From Bacteroidota bacterium (GTDB lineage Bacteria; Bacteroidota; Bacteroidia; Bacteroidales; ML635J-15), in assembly GCA_029564465.1 (NCBI GenBank), contig JAKQPY010000154.1, forward strand, positions 10,477 through 74,476: DNA of 64,000 bases. Direction: 5' to 3'. The position numbers and the translations under genes were made by a program. The notes under the pieces were generated by a model. It worked only from the letters and a program-made list of their open reading frames with translations, made no database searches and had not been told where the DNA came from. Positions 47,722 to 56,544 of this stretch are shown piece after piece; within the stretch, counting starts at the first letter, position 1; each line of letters starts with the position of its first letter.

Positions 47722-47899
47722 GCTACATTTTAAAGAGCGTAAAAATAATGAATTATCCTGAATATTATAGATTGCATTCGAATAAATTGCAAATTGTAAT
47801 GCTTGCTTGTTCAGGGTAACAGTATCAATAAAAGCCACAGGGTTCACGAAACGAGCAAAAAAGCATCTATTCTAAGCCGCCTTTATACTCAGTAAGCAC

Positions 47900-48847
47900 T
47901 TACTGTTTCGCTTGCTGAGAAATCATCAGTGTGTTTATACTGTCGACCGCCTGAAGTGCTTTGCCCAAATGGTAAAAGTCGACAACTATAAAATTGGGAT
48001 ATCTTCCCGAAAGAGAATTATAGTCTGCACAACGCTGTAAAATTTCGTCGATTCCATTAACTTTTTTCGATCGCATTTTGCTACCTGTTCCCAGCTTACC
48101 CATAACGAAATTGTTTAAGATGAACAAGGGGTTGTTCCGATTACCGCGGTTTGTCACACAGGTGAAATCCTTTGCCTTTTTCACAGAGAAATGGGTTTCG
48201 GTCATATAGTCCCACATGTAAAACATCTTAGCCTCCCGGTTACCCGAATCACAAGCATCGTTAAACACAAAAAGCCGTGTGTTATTATCGATTAATTGTT
48301 GTAACACTGGCCACTGTGAAATGCTTTCGGCATAAAAAATATAGTCCCAAAGACCAGCGTGGAGTAATTCTCTTTGTATCTGGTCGGCAGAAACATAGTT
48401 TTCGAGTAGTAAGCTAATTATAGCCGACGAATCAGAATCGAGAAACAGCCGCACATCGGTAAGCACATCGGAAAACGCTTGTTTCCCCAATATTGGATTT
48501 GCATGATAAACATACAGTTTCCCTTTCATTTCGTAAACATCCAGCATTAATGCACGAACACCATCGGTAAGCTGTTGGTTGATATTAAATTTCTGGTTGG
48601 GAAACAGAAAGCCATTCCGTGAACAGTTGTAGGAATTATGGGTAGTAAGGAAGCAGGCTTTGTTGTATGGCAGCGTTTCGAATGACTGACAACGTACAGG
48701 ATTCAGAAAGAAAAACACAACATACACTACCAAACCTAATACTACAAATTTCGAAAACCGGGAAAGTGTTTTTCCCCGAGAAATTACGCAATAAATATTT
48801 CTCACAAAATTCGCATTCAATTTATAAATAAAGGCAAAACTTGTCAA
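47900..48847 (-). CDS. PI-PLC X-domain-like (PLC-like phosphodiesterase) protein, membrane-anchored or secreted
   Basis: TTHNSYN and GVRALMLDVYE motifs; N-terminal hydrophobic helix FVVLGLVVYVVFFFL. Confidence 0.6.
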   Translation of the reverse strand: MTSFAFIYKLNANFVRNIYCVISRGKTLSRFSKFVVLGLVVYVVFFFLNPVRCQSFETLPYNKACFLTTHNSYNCSRNGFLFPNQKFNINQQLTDGVRALMLDVYEMKGKLYVYHANPILGKQAFSDVLTDVRLFLDSDSSAIISLLLENYVSADQIQRELLHAGLWDYIFYAESISQWPVLQQLIDNNTRLFVFNDACDSGNREAKMFYMWDYMTETHFSVKKAKDFTCVTNRGNRNNPLFILNNFVMGKLGTGSKMRSKKVNGIDEILQRCADYNSLSGRYPNFIVVDFYHLGKALQAVDSINTLMISQQAKQ

Positions 48848-48983
48848 ATAAATAAGTCAATGTCAACAACAAACATTCGCTAAAATATCTTAGAATCAAC
48901 AAAATAAATCAAAATAATCATTGAAATATTTGCATTCCCGAATGATTTTTTTTAAATTGCAACAATCACTAAAACATCAAAAT

Positions 48984-50189
48984 ATGAAAAGATTTATTCC
49001 TTTCCTCGTTGTTGCTGCATTACTTTTTTCACTGGCAGCACTGGTTTCCTGCGATAAGGACAACCCCCCGGTTGATGAATTCACCCCAGGAGGGTGGCTA
49101 GCCGGACAGGTTTTTGCCAAGAATGGCACAACGCCAATTGCTAATGCCAATGTTTTTGTAGATTGCAACGGTGAAATTTATATAACCCAGACTGACAGGG
49201 ATGGAAGGTTTAAACTGATTGCGCCAGAGGGTCCGCAGGTGTTAAACATCCAATCGGGATATGGTAGAATATTCAGGACTACCGTTGACGTAACTGTCGA
49301 AAAATATAAGGTAACAACTATTCCGGAATACGACTTAAAATTAGCCCAGGCGGCCAACTTAGCCTATATAGCCGGCTCCTACGATGAGATTCAGGATGTT
49401 ATTGAAAGTTTAGGTTATACATGCACTGCAATTAACATTACCGATTTGGAGGATGCTGATTTAATTGCCAGTTACGGGGCATTGTTTATTAATTGTAGCG
49501 CTCATCATGGTTTTAACGAAGCCATATGGAATAATTTGCAGGAATATGTTGAAAATGGTGGCAGTTTATATGTATCAGATTGGGCAGTCAGTTCACTGAT
49601 AGGTTATTTAACTACAAAAGACCAGTGCGATGAAAACCGGCATTGGTATTACGGGCATTCAACCGGAACGAAATCTTGTCCCACAAGGCTTGGTGGATTT
49701 ATTACTACTGATGATTTATGCACTCAACGGAGTGGGCTTTCAGGAACAATTACAGGTGCAAGTGTTATAAATCAGGAACTTGCTGACTGGATTGGTTTAA
49801 ACACGATTGACATCAACTATGACCTTGGTTCATGGGAAACAATTCAACAATTGAGTGATTCATGGGAAGTTTTAATTCAGGACGACAATATGGGTTACGG
49901 TCCGCTGGCAGTTAGAACCAGACTCGATTCACCCGCTGATTTGGATCTGAAAACAAAAGATCAATCCTGGGTTACAATCTGTCACATACCCCCGGGAAAT
50001 CCCGCAAACGCACACACAATTACCATTGCGCTGAGTGCATGGCCTGCTCACGAAGCCCATGGCGACCAAATGGGGCCGTGTGAAGGACATAGTGGATCTA
50101 TAATTTTTACTACATTCCACAATCATCCTGATGATGATATTCCGGTTGAAATTCAAAAAATTCTTGAATATTTTATAATCAACTTATAA
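48984..50189 (+). CDS. Lipoprotein with a carboxypeptidase-regulatory-like domain and a C-terminal ICHxPPGNP..HGD..GPC motif
   Basis: MKRFIPFLVVAALLFSLAALVSC lipobox at internal ATG 48984. GQVFAKNGTTPIANANVFVD...RDGRFKL resembles CarboxypepD_reg. Confidence 0.7.
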   Translation: MKRFIPFLVVAALLFSLAALVSCDKDNPPVDEFTPGGWLAGQVFAKNGTTPIANANVFVDCNGEIYITQTDRDGRFKLIAPEGPQVLNIQSGYGRIFRTTVDVTVEKYKVTTIPEYDLKLAQAANLAYIAGSYDEIQDVIESLGYTCTAINITDLEDADLIASYGALFINCSAHHGFNEAIWNNLQEYVENGGSLYVSDWAVSSLIGYLTTKDQCDENRHWYYGHSTGTKSCPTRLGGFITTDDLCTQRSGLSGTITGASVINQELADWIGLNTIDINYDLGSWETIQQLSDSWEVLIQDDNMGYGPLAVRTRLDSPADLDLKTKDQSWVTICHIPPGNPANAHTITIALSAWPAHEAHGDQMGPCEGHSGSIIFTTFHNHPDDDIPVEIQKILEYFIINL

Positions 50190-50207
50190 GAATTATTAGT
50201 TGCTGAT

Positions 50208-50240
50208 AAAGGCTGCCTCAAAAGGGCAGCCTTTATTTAT
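50208..50240 (+). terminator. Rho-independent terminator
   Basis: AAAGGCTGCCtcaaaagGGCAGCCTTTattt, 19 nt after the stop at 50189. Confidence 0.75.
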
Positions 50241-50288
50241 AATTATTTAAAAATTTTAAATAAGATTTATTCTTGAGTACACAATTAA

Positions 50289-50490
50289 GCGCAGCGCGAA
50301 TGATTCCAGGATGGGAATTTACGAACAAAAAGCCGACTTCGTCGATTTTTTTGTTTTAGCCATTTGGCTTTTCGAAAAATAAGGTCTGGCGGATTACGTG
50401 CAGCGCACGTGATCCCATAGGGGGGGATGCTTTACGAACAAAAAGCCGACTTCGTCGTTTTTTGTTTTAGCCATTTGGCTTTTCGCAAGC
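50289..50490 (+). repeat. Tandem direct repeat, two ~95-nt units with a 113-nt period
   Basis: gc(g/a)cagcgc..tgat(t/c)cca..ggg...tttacgaacaaaaagccgacttcgtcg(a)ttttttgttttagccatttggcttttcg occurs at about 50289..50383 and about 50397..50490. Confidence 0.8.
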
Positions 50491-50505
50491 GAAGCCAATT
50501 GGCTA

Positions 50506-50538
50506 AAACAAAAAACCACCGCGATGCGGTGGCTTTTT
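50506..50538 (-). terminator. Hairpin terminator immediately 3' of the tRNA-Met remnant
   Basis: Minus strand reads aaaaaGCCACCGCatcGCGGTGGtttttt directly after the acceptor end. Confidence 0.7.
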
Positions 50539-50543
50539 GTTCG

Positions 50544-50590
50544 TAGCGAGAGGCGGGATTGAACCGCCGACCTCATGATTATGAATCATG
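50544..50590 (-). tRNA. tRNA-Met (anticodon CAT) 3' fragment only (anticodon stem-loop to discriminator); probable att-site remnant
   Basis: Minus strand reads CATGA-TTCATAA-TCATG-AGGTC-GGCGG-TTCAATC-CCGCC-TCTCGCT-A. No matching 5' acceptor strand (AGCGAGA) or D-arm in the next 60 nt. Confidence 0.75.
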
Positions 50591-50766
50591 ATTTTTTCTT
50601 TCCTTTGATTGTCCCCCGTTTTCTTTTTATCTATATATCAGGCACTTATCAATTTTTATCAATTCTTTTTTTCTCTTTTTTCTTGCATAATTCAGAAATT
50701 GTATGTAAATTGTATGCAAATTTTAGAAGCAAATTTTACTGATTAACACTACTAATTCAAGCATAT

Positions 50767-51996
50767 ATGATCACCGCAAGTACTGCAATTATTCTCGATA
50801 AGAGGTTCAAAAACAAAAACGGTAAATACTCCGTTAAGCTCAGAATTACAAATAACAGAGTTCAAAAGCACTATTCAACCGGTTACCACCTATCCGAAGA
50901 AGAGTGGATGGCTTCTCAGCAGGATAACCCCCGCAGGGAAAACAAAGAACATAAACTGGTATTCTCCCAAATCGAAGCCAAAGCCCTGGGCGTTATCAAA
51001 ACCCTTGATGCTTTTTCTTTCGAGCTATTCGAAAAAAAGTTCTTTCAAAACCCCGAGTCACGCAAAGATTTATTAGTGTTGATGCAACAGTACATCGATA
51101 AGCTAAAATCCGAAAACCGCCTTACCACTGCCGAAAGTTTCCGCAGTGCCTTGCGTTCATTTGTGGCCTTTTCGAAAACCCTGAAATCCGGCAAAGTCAT
51201 TATCAACCAGGTAACCCCCCAATGGCTCCAAAAATATGAAACCTTCATGATTGATAAGGGTTCCTCCATTACTACCGTTGGAATATACCTGCGAAACCTC
51301 CGTGCAGTTTTCAACCTTGCCATCGAAGAAGGAATCATCGACAGCAGCTTCTACCCTTTCGGTAAACGTAAATATCAGATACCTGCCGGTCAGAACCTAA
51401 AAAAAGCCCTTACACTTGCCGATATTCAAAAAATCATCAAATACAAGCCGGAATCGAAAGCCGAGGGAAAAGCTCGCGACCTCTGGATATTCAGTTACCT
51501 GTGCAATGGGGCCAACATCAAAGATATTGCCCTATTGCAGTACAAAAACATCAACGGCTCTTCTTTAACCTTTATAAGGGCCAAAACAGCCCGTTCAACA
51601 AGAGGCCAGATGAAACCCATTAAAGTAATGTTATTGCCCGAAATCACCGCTATAATCGAAAAATGGGGCACTAATTCCAATAACCCCGATGACTATGTGT
51701 TCGGTATTATTTCTCAACCTGATAATCCGGCTGAAAGGCTCGCTAAAATTCGTCAGGCTACGAAAACAATCAACAAATACATTGGCCGTATTGGTTCCGA
51801 ACTTCAATTCGATGTAAAACTAACAACCTATTATGCCCGCCATTCATTTGCTACCGTCCTGAAGCGTTCCGGTGCCCCCATCGAGTTTATCAGCGAAAGC
51901 CTCGGACATAAGGACCTTAAAACTACCGAAAACTACCTCGATAGTTTCGAAGATGATGCAAAGCTCAATTTTCAGAAAAAACTACTGGGTTTGTAA
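50767..51996 (+). CDS. Tyrosine site-specific recombinase (phage integrase family, Bacteroidota type with an N-terminal arm-binding domain)
   Basis: C-terminal catalytic segment YYARHSFATVLKRSGAPIEFISESLGHKDLKTTENYL (R, HxxR, Y). Confidence 0.9.
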   Translation: MITASTAIILDKRFKNKNGKYSVKLRITNNRVQKHYSTGYHLSEEEWMASQQDNPRRENKEHKLVFSQIEAKALGVIKTLDAFSFELFEKKFFQNPESRKDLLVLMQQYIDKLKSENRLTTAESFRSALRSFVAFSKTLKSGKVIINQVTPQWLQKYETFMIDKGSSITTVGIYLRNLRAVFNLAIEEGIIDSSFYPFGKRKYQIPAGQNLKKALTLADIQKIIKYKPESKAEGKARDLWIFSYLCNGANIKDIALLQYKNINGSSLTFIRAKTARSTRGQMKPIKVMLLPEITAIIEKWGTNSNNPDDYVFGIISQPDNPAERLAKIRQATKTINKYIGRIGSELQFDVKLTTYYARHSFATVLKRSGAPIEFISESLGHKDLKTTENYLDSFEDDAKLNFQKKLLGL

Positions 51997-52014
51997 ATTG
52001 TCTATTTCTAAAAT

Positions 52015-53136
52015 TTGCATTATTATTGTTTGATGAATGTTTCATTTACCATATTCAGCAACATCTTAAATGGTGACCTCTTACCGGATGCCTCGCACAA
52101 TCAGGACCACTTCATTTTTTCATCTATTCTCGCCAATAAACTAAGGAGTAATTCTGATTGTTTTTATTCCTATTTTAAAGTTTTTAATGATTCTATTTCT
52201 CCTTTTTATCCAAATCTGTCGTCCTGTGTTTTTCTCTTTGACAATACTTCAAAAGATTGTCATTTGCCAGATTATTTTCATTCATTATCATTCCAACCAT
52301 TTTTCGATAAGAAATCTGAGTTTTATTTCTATCTGATTAAAAATGAGACTGACCGCATCTATAGTTATTCGTGTAAAATAGTTTCAGCAGCTGAGTCTCC
52401 CGAAATTAAATCTTACGAATCTTATAAAATATTAAGTCAAATTTTGCTATTATTCGACTTGAGTGCTTCTGTTTCTTGGGGCTCTACTGATGCACTCTAT
52501 GTAATTTACAATCTGAGAATTGCTCTATTGCGTCTCTATTATATGTGTCAAATCAGGTTTTCTGAGTACACAGCTGAGCATTTTATAACCGATACTGAAG
52601 TCCTTGCTAAAATCGACCCCCAAGGTTTTTTTAACGACAATAATCCTTCTCCTATTGTTAAAGTATTCAAGGCTTTTCTGAATGCAAAATCTAATTCTGA
52701 CCTAAAATCTGCTCCTACTGCTTTGGTTGATTCTTTTCCGTTAAAGTCTGTAGCAAAGAGTTTACCGTTTACTTTTAGAAACTCTGATTTTCGTCCTGGT
52801 TTTAAAGGTAAAGTATCGTTCAACGACATTATTAACCCCGATAAATTCGCCAATTTCGAAAAAAATCTTTTTGAGTATGAATACATTGATACTGATTATA
52901 ACTTTACCAACAAACATGGTAAGAAAAAAGAAATAGCAGCTCTTTTTAAGATTATTATTGAAAAGAAATTCTTCAGGGACAATCTTTATAAATCCCGTTC
53001 AAAATTGCGACCGGCTCACATTAGGCAATATCTCGATTTTCGGTATAATACAAAAACCGATCAGGAATTTCGTAAATGCACAATCGAATTTATCAATCAA
53101 CTAAAAAATAACCACTATTGGGTTGACCAATTATAG
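52015..53136 (+). CDS. Hypothetical island protein
   Basis: Long same-strand ORF 18 nt after int with no recognisable motif. Start uncertain (52015 or 52033). Confidence 0.55.
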   Translation: MHYYCLMNVSFTIFSNILNGDLLPDASHNQDHFIFSSILANKLRSNSDCFYSYFKVFNDSISPFYPNLSSCVFLFDNTSKDCHLPDYFHSLSFQPFFDKKSEFYFYLIKNETDRIYSYSCKIVSAAESPEIKSYESYKILSQILLLFDLSASVSWGSTDALYVIYNLRIALLRLYYMCQIRFSEYTAEHFITDTEVLAKIDPQGFFNDNNPSPIVKVFKAFLNAKSNSDLKSAPTALVDSFPLKSVAKSLPFTFRNSDFRPGFKGKVSFNDIINPDKFANFEKNLFEYEYIDTDYNFTNKHGKKKEIAALFKIIIEKKFFRDNLYKSRSKLRPAHIRQYLDFRYNTKTDQEFRKCTIEFINQLKNNHYWVDQL

Positions 53137-53301
53137 TTTAATCAAAAAAACGGTATTTTGACTTAATAATACCTCTTTAAAATACCACTTTCTATTTTTA
53201 TTCAACTGATTTTCTGTTAGTTAACCCCAGCACCTAAATACCGTTTTTTCTCCCTGTTTTCTTTTCTTCTGAACTTTGTCAAGTCTTTGAAAATCAAAGA
53301 T

Positions 53302-53319
53302 GACTTTTGGCCAAAAGTC
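53302..53319. promoter_or_regulatory. Perfect 18-bp palindrome (operator-like) upstream of the Xis-like genes
   Basis: GACTTTTGGCCAAAAGTC, 28 nt upstream of ATG 53348. It is preceded by a second inverted repeat, TCTTTGAaaaTCAAAGA (53284..53300). Confidence 0.4.
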
Positions 53320-53347
53320 CATTTTGTAAAAGTTAATAATTAATACA

Positions 53348-53641
53348 ATGGACGAATTATTAAAAGAAATTCAGGAAGTAAAAAGATTGCTTCTTGAACA
53401 AAATTTGTTAAAAAAAGATGTTTTATGCTTTTCTGAAGCCTGCAAGTACCTTGACATTAGCGAAAGTCACTTGTATAAGCTTACCAGTAGGAAGCAAATC
53501 CCCCATTTCTGCCCTCAAGGCAAAAAACTCTATTTCAAACGCCTTGAGTTAGACAATTGGCTAATGCAAAACAGGCAATCTTCTATCGATGAGCTTACGC
53601 TGGAAGCTGAAATGTGTATGCAAAGAAACAAAAGGAGGTAA
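53348..53641 (+). CDS. Excisionase-family helix-turn-helix DNA-binding protein
   Basis: FSEACKYLDISESHLYKLTSRKQIPHFCPQGKKLYFKRLELDNWL matches the HTH_17 / Xis-AlpA-like pattern. Confidence 0.75.
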   Translation: MDELLKEIQEVKRLLLEQNLLKKDVLCFSEACKYLDISESHLYKLTSRKQIPHFCPQGKKLYFKRLELDNWLMQNRQSSIDELTLEAEMCMQRNKRR

Positions 53642-53643
53642 CC

Positions 53644-53922
53644 ATGGAAACACGTCAATTTTCAGTCAGCGACTTGTCCATGATAATTCAACGACTTAAC
53701 CGCATCCTCGATCGGATAGAATCACGGCAACGAACCAATCCTTCCGAAGTTTTTTTCGATAACCAAGAGTTTATTCAGGTTATGCATATCAGCAAACGTA
53801 CTGCTCAGGAATGGCGCTGCAATTCCATCATTGCTTATTCTCAGATAGGCAATAAATTTTACTATCGCCTATCTGATATTTTGGAATTACTCGATAAAAA
53901 TTTCACACCCGCAAAAGCCTAA
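53644..53922 (+). CDS. Second excisionase-family HTH protein
   Basis: FIQVMHISKRTAQEWRCNSIIAYSQIGNKFYYRLSDILELL. ATG 53644 follows the previous stop by 2 nt. Confidence 0.7.
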   Translation: METRQFSVSDLSMIIQRLNRILDRIESRQRTNPSEVFFDNQEFIQVMHISKRTAQEWRCNSIIAYSQIGNKFYYRLSDILELLDKNFTPAKA

Positions 53923-53925
53923 ACT

Positions 53926-56163
53926 ATGAGTGTTCAAACTAACATAGAGCCTGCAATTCTCGTTACATTATTTTCAGGGTTTACAAACCCTGTCGAGAAT
54001 ATCCCATTTTCCGCCTTGCTGAATCGCATTCAGCAAGGCGATTTTAAAAAAAATGTGGAAGAAATTCGGAGTTTAAAAGCTTCAGGTAACTTCGAAAAAG
54101 CCGATATTGTGAAAAAGCAATTATTAGCATTTACGCCTTCTGCAACGTTTAAAACAGGTAGAAAGCCTGAATATATTGACAATTATTATGGTCTTATCCA
54201 TCTCGATTATGACAAAGTTCCGGCTGAGGAACTCTCCAATCTTCGTAAAAAGATCGAAGCAGTGCCCTATACTTTTGCATGTTTTCTAAGTCCCAGTGGT
54301 AATGGATTTAAGGTCTTTGTACTGACAATGGCTTCTAAAAGTCAGCATACCATTTTCTACGATAAAGTAATGCGTTACTACAATCAAGAACTGGGCATTT
54401 CGGCAGATGCAAAATGTAAGGACATAACGCGGCTTTGTTTCTGTTCTTTCGATCCACTGGCCTTCATCAACAATGATTCCTTGTATTTTGATGATCCGGT
54501 CATAACTCCTTTGCCAGTTAAACAAGCCAGTCCGGTTAATGTGTGTAACAATTTTGAAGCACTCGACTTCTGTCTAAAGCTCACTGAAACAAAATGTCAA
54601 TATGTACAGGGTGAACGCAACAATTTCATTTATTTATTTGCTTCCAATTGCAATCGATCTGGCATCGAACCATCCGAGGCTGTGAACTTTGTTTTGGCTA
54701 ACTTCGATTTATCTCCTCGTGAGGTAGAAAACTGCGTCAAAAGTGCTTACTCAAATCATGTACAAGAGTTTGCAAAATTTGCAAACTCTGCAGTAATTCC
54801 CAAAAACGATGATGTTTCTGTATTCGAGGATGTCCTCAAGTCAACTGTATTATTGTCAGATTCAGTGTTCGAAAACTTACCCTCAATCTTGAAGCATGGC
54901 GCATCAGCATTTTCTGATAAACGTGAAAGGGACGTTTTTATAACCGGTGCTATTGCAGTACTTAGTGGTTGTCTGCCGAATGTAAGTGGTGTTTATGCTC
55001 AACAAACAGTTTATCCCAATATGTTTTGCTTCATCATTGCTCCTGCAGCTAGTGGTAAGGGCGCATTAAAATTCTCTAAAATGCTCGCGGATGATTTACA
55101 TTCCGAAATGTTAAGTCAAAGTCGTGAAGCATTAAAGGAATATGAGGCTGATTTAGCCGACTATCGAAACCGTGCGCGCTTTCCCAAAAAAGGCGAACCA
55201 TTGGGGGATGCTCCTGAAAAACCATTATTCAAAGTTTTATACATTCCGGCAAATTCTAGCTATGCTAAAATAATATCTCATATTGAGCAGAACTTAGGTG
55301 CCGGTATAATCTGCGAAACAGAAGCGGATACAATGGGTAATGTTTTTAAGCAAGAATGGGGCTCATATTCCGACCTCCTGCGCAAGTCTTTCCATCATGA
55401 AAGAATCTCAAGCTCAAAAAAAACAAATAACGAATACATTGAAGTTGAAAACCCTCGGGTTTCTATCGCGCTTTCTGGTACTCCAGCTCAGGTAGCCGGG
55501 CTTATATCATCCTCCGAAGATGGCCTTTTTTCCAGGTTTATTTTCTATGCTTTTAAAGTTGAACAACAATGGCGCGATGTTTCGCCTTATGCCAACAATG
55601 TGAATCTCACTGATCATTTCTCTGCATTGTCTAAAATTATTACAGAATTACACCTGTTTCTTGATAATAGTCCCACAACTATTTGCCTTACTCGCAACCA
55701 GTGGGAAAAACTTAACGAAACATGTGCTAGCTGGCTTAGCTATTCCGTTGTATTCAATGGTGAAGATTCCGGGAGTATTGTAAAACGTTTTGGCCTAATT
55801 ATTTTCCGCTTATGTATGGTCTTCTCTGCTTTACGGAAATTTGAAGCTAAATCCGAGTATGAAACAATAAATTGTTCTAACATTGATTTTGAAAACGCTG
55901 TGAGCTTAGTGCATTGCTATTTGTTGCATAGTTTCTTCATGTTTCAAAATCTCCCCCGACAAGATTCTGCTTTTGTTGCATTTAAATCAAACAACAAATC
56001 AATGTTCTATGAAGCTTTGCCCGTCGAATTTAAGCGTTCCGATGCTATTGCTTTGGGTCCTAAATTCAATCTTTCCGAAAGGTCAATCGATGGCCTGTTA
56101 AAATCTCTTCTGGGAAAACACCTTTCTCAACCATCATTTGGTGTCTATAAAAAAATAGTTTAA
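53926..56163 (+). CDS. Primase-like N-terminal domain + DUF3987-type P-loop protein (island replication/initiation protein)
   Basis: N-terminal FACFLSPSGNGFKVFV and CKDITRLCFCSFDP resemble BT4734/VirE-type primase-related domains. The central part has a P-loop, IIAPAASGKGALKF. Confidence 0.7.
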   Translation: MSVQTNIEPAILVTLFSGFTNPVENIPFSALLNRIQQGDFKKNVEEIRSLKASGNFEKADIVKKQLLAFTPSATFKTGRKPEYIDNYYGLIHLDYDKVPAEELSNLRKKIEAVPYTFACFLSPSGNGFKVFVLTMASKSQHTIFYDKVMRYYNQELGISADAKCKDITRLCFCSFDPLAFINNDSLYFDDPVITPLPVKQASPVNVCNNFEALDFCLKLTETKCQYVQGERNNFIYLFASNCNRSGIEPSEAVNFVLANFDLSPREVENCVKSAYSNHVQEFAKFANSAVIPKNDDVSVFEDVLKSTVLLSDSVFENLPSILKHGASAFSDKRERDVFITGAIAVLSGCLPNVSGVYAQQTVYPNMFCFIIAPAASGKGALKFSKMLADDLHSEMLSQSREALKEYEADLADYRNRARFPKKGEPLGDAPEKPLFKVLYIPANSSYAKIISHIEQNLGAGIICETEADTMGNVFKQEWGSYSDLLRKSFHHERISSSKKTNNEYIEVENPRVSIALSGTPAQVAGLISSSEDGLFSRFIFYAFKVEQQWRDVSPYANNVNLTDHFSALSKIITELHLFLDNSPTTICLTRNQWEKLNETCASWLSYSVVFNGEDSGSIVKRFGLIIFRLCMVFSALRKFEAKSEYETINCSNIDFENAVSLVHCYLLHSFFMFQNLPRQDSAFVAFKSNNKSMFYEALPVEFKRSDAIALGPKFNLSERSIDGLLKSLLGKHLSQPSFGVYKKIV

Positions 56164-56172
56164 CATGGGATT

Positions 56173-56209
56173 AACAGGTGAAACATGCTGGTTTCACCTG
56201 TTTTTTTTT
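56173..56209 (+). terminator. Strong rho-independent terminator separating the island core from the cargo
   Basis: AACAGGTGAAACatgctgGTTTCACCTGTTttttttt. Confidence 0.85.
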
Positions 56210-56544
56210 ATTATATTCTTATTTTTCCTTTGTTAATAGCTCCAGTATTTTTACACCAATATTACACGAAATCTGTTTGATAGATATGTGAATAACTTTT
56301 GTGCCTGTTTTTGTCTTTATTTCCTTTTTGTTTTCTTATCTTTGTTCAAATGCTTCGCTTTTATGAATTTCAGTAGGGCGCAACCTGTATATGTATGTTT
56401 TTTAGAAGACTTATGTTCCGGTAAATTCGTTCTGCATTCTTCTCAGGTAATTTATTCTGCAATCATTTCATTTTCTCAACAAATTCTCCTTGCAATCTTG
56501 CATCCGTTTTGCAAAAACATTATCCCATTATCAACTTTTACAAA

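Noticed and set aside
50394-50576. 60-aa minus-strand ORF from the track.
   Set aside because: It is built entirely from the tRNA fragment, its terminator and the structured repeats, so it is almost certainly non-coding.
50544-50640. Intact tRNA-Met gene.
   Set aside because: Only the anticodon arm, variable loop, T-arm and 3' acceptor strand are present. The next 50-60 nt on the 5' side contain neither a complementary acceptor strand (AGCGAGA) nor a D-arm.
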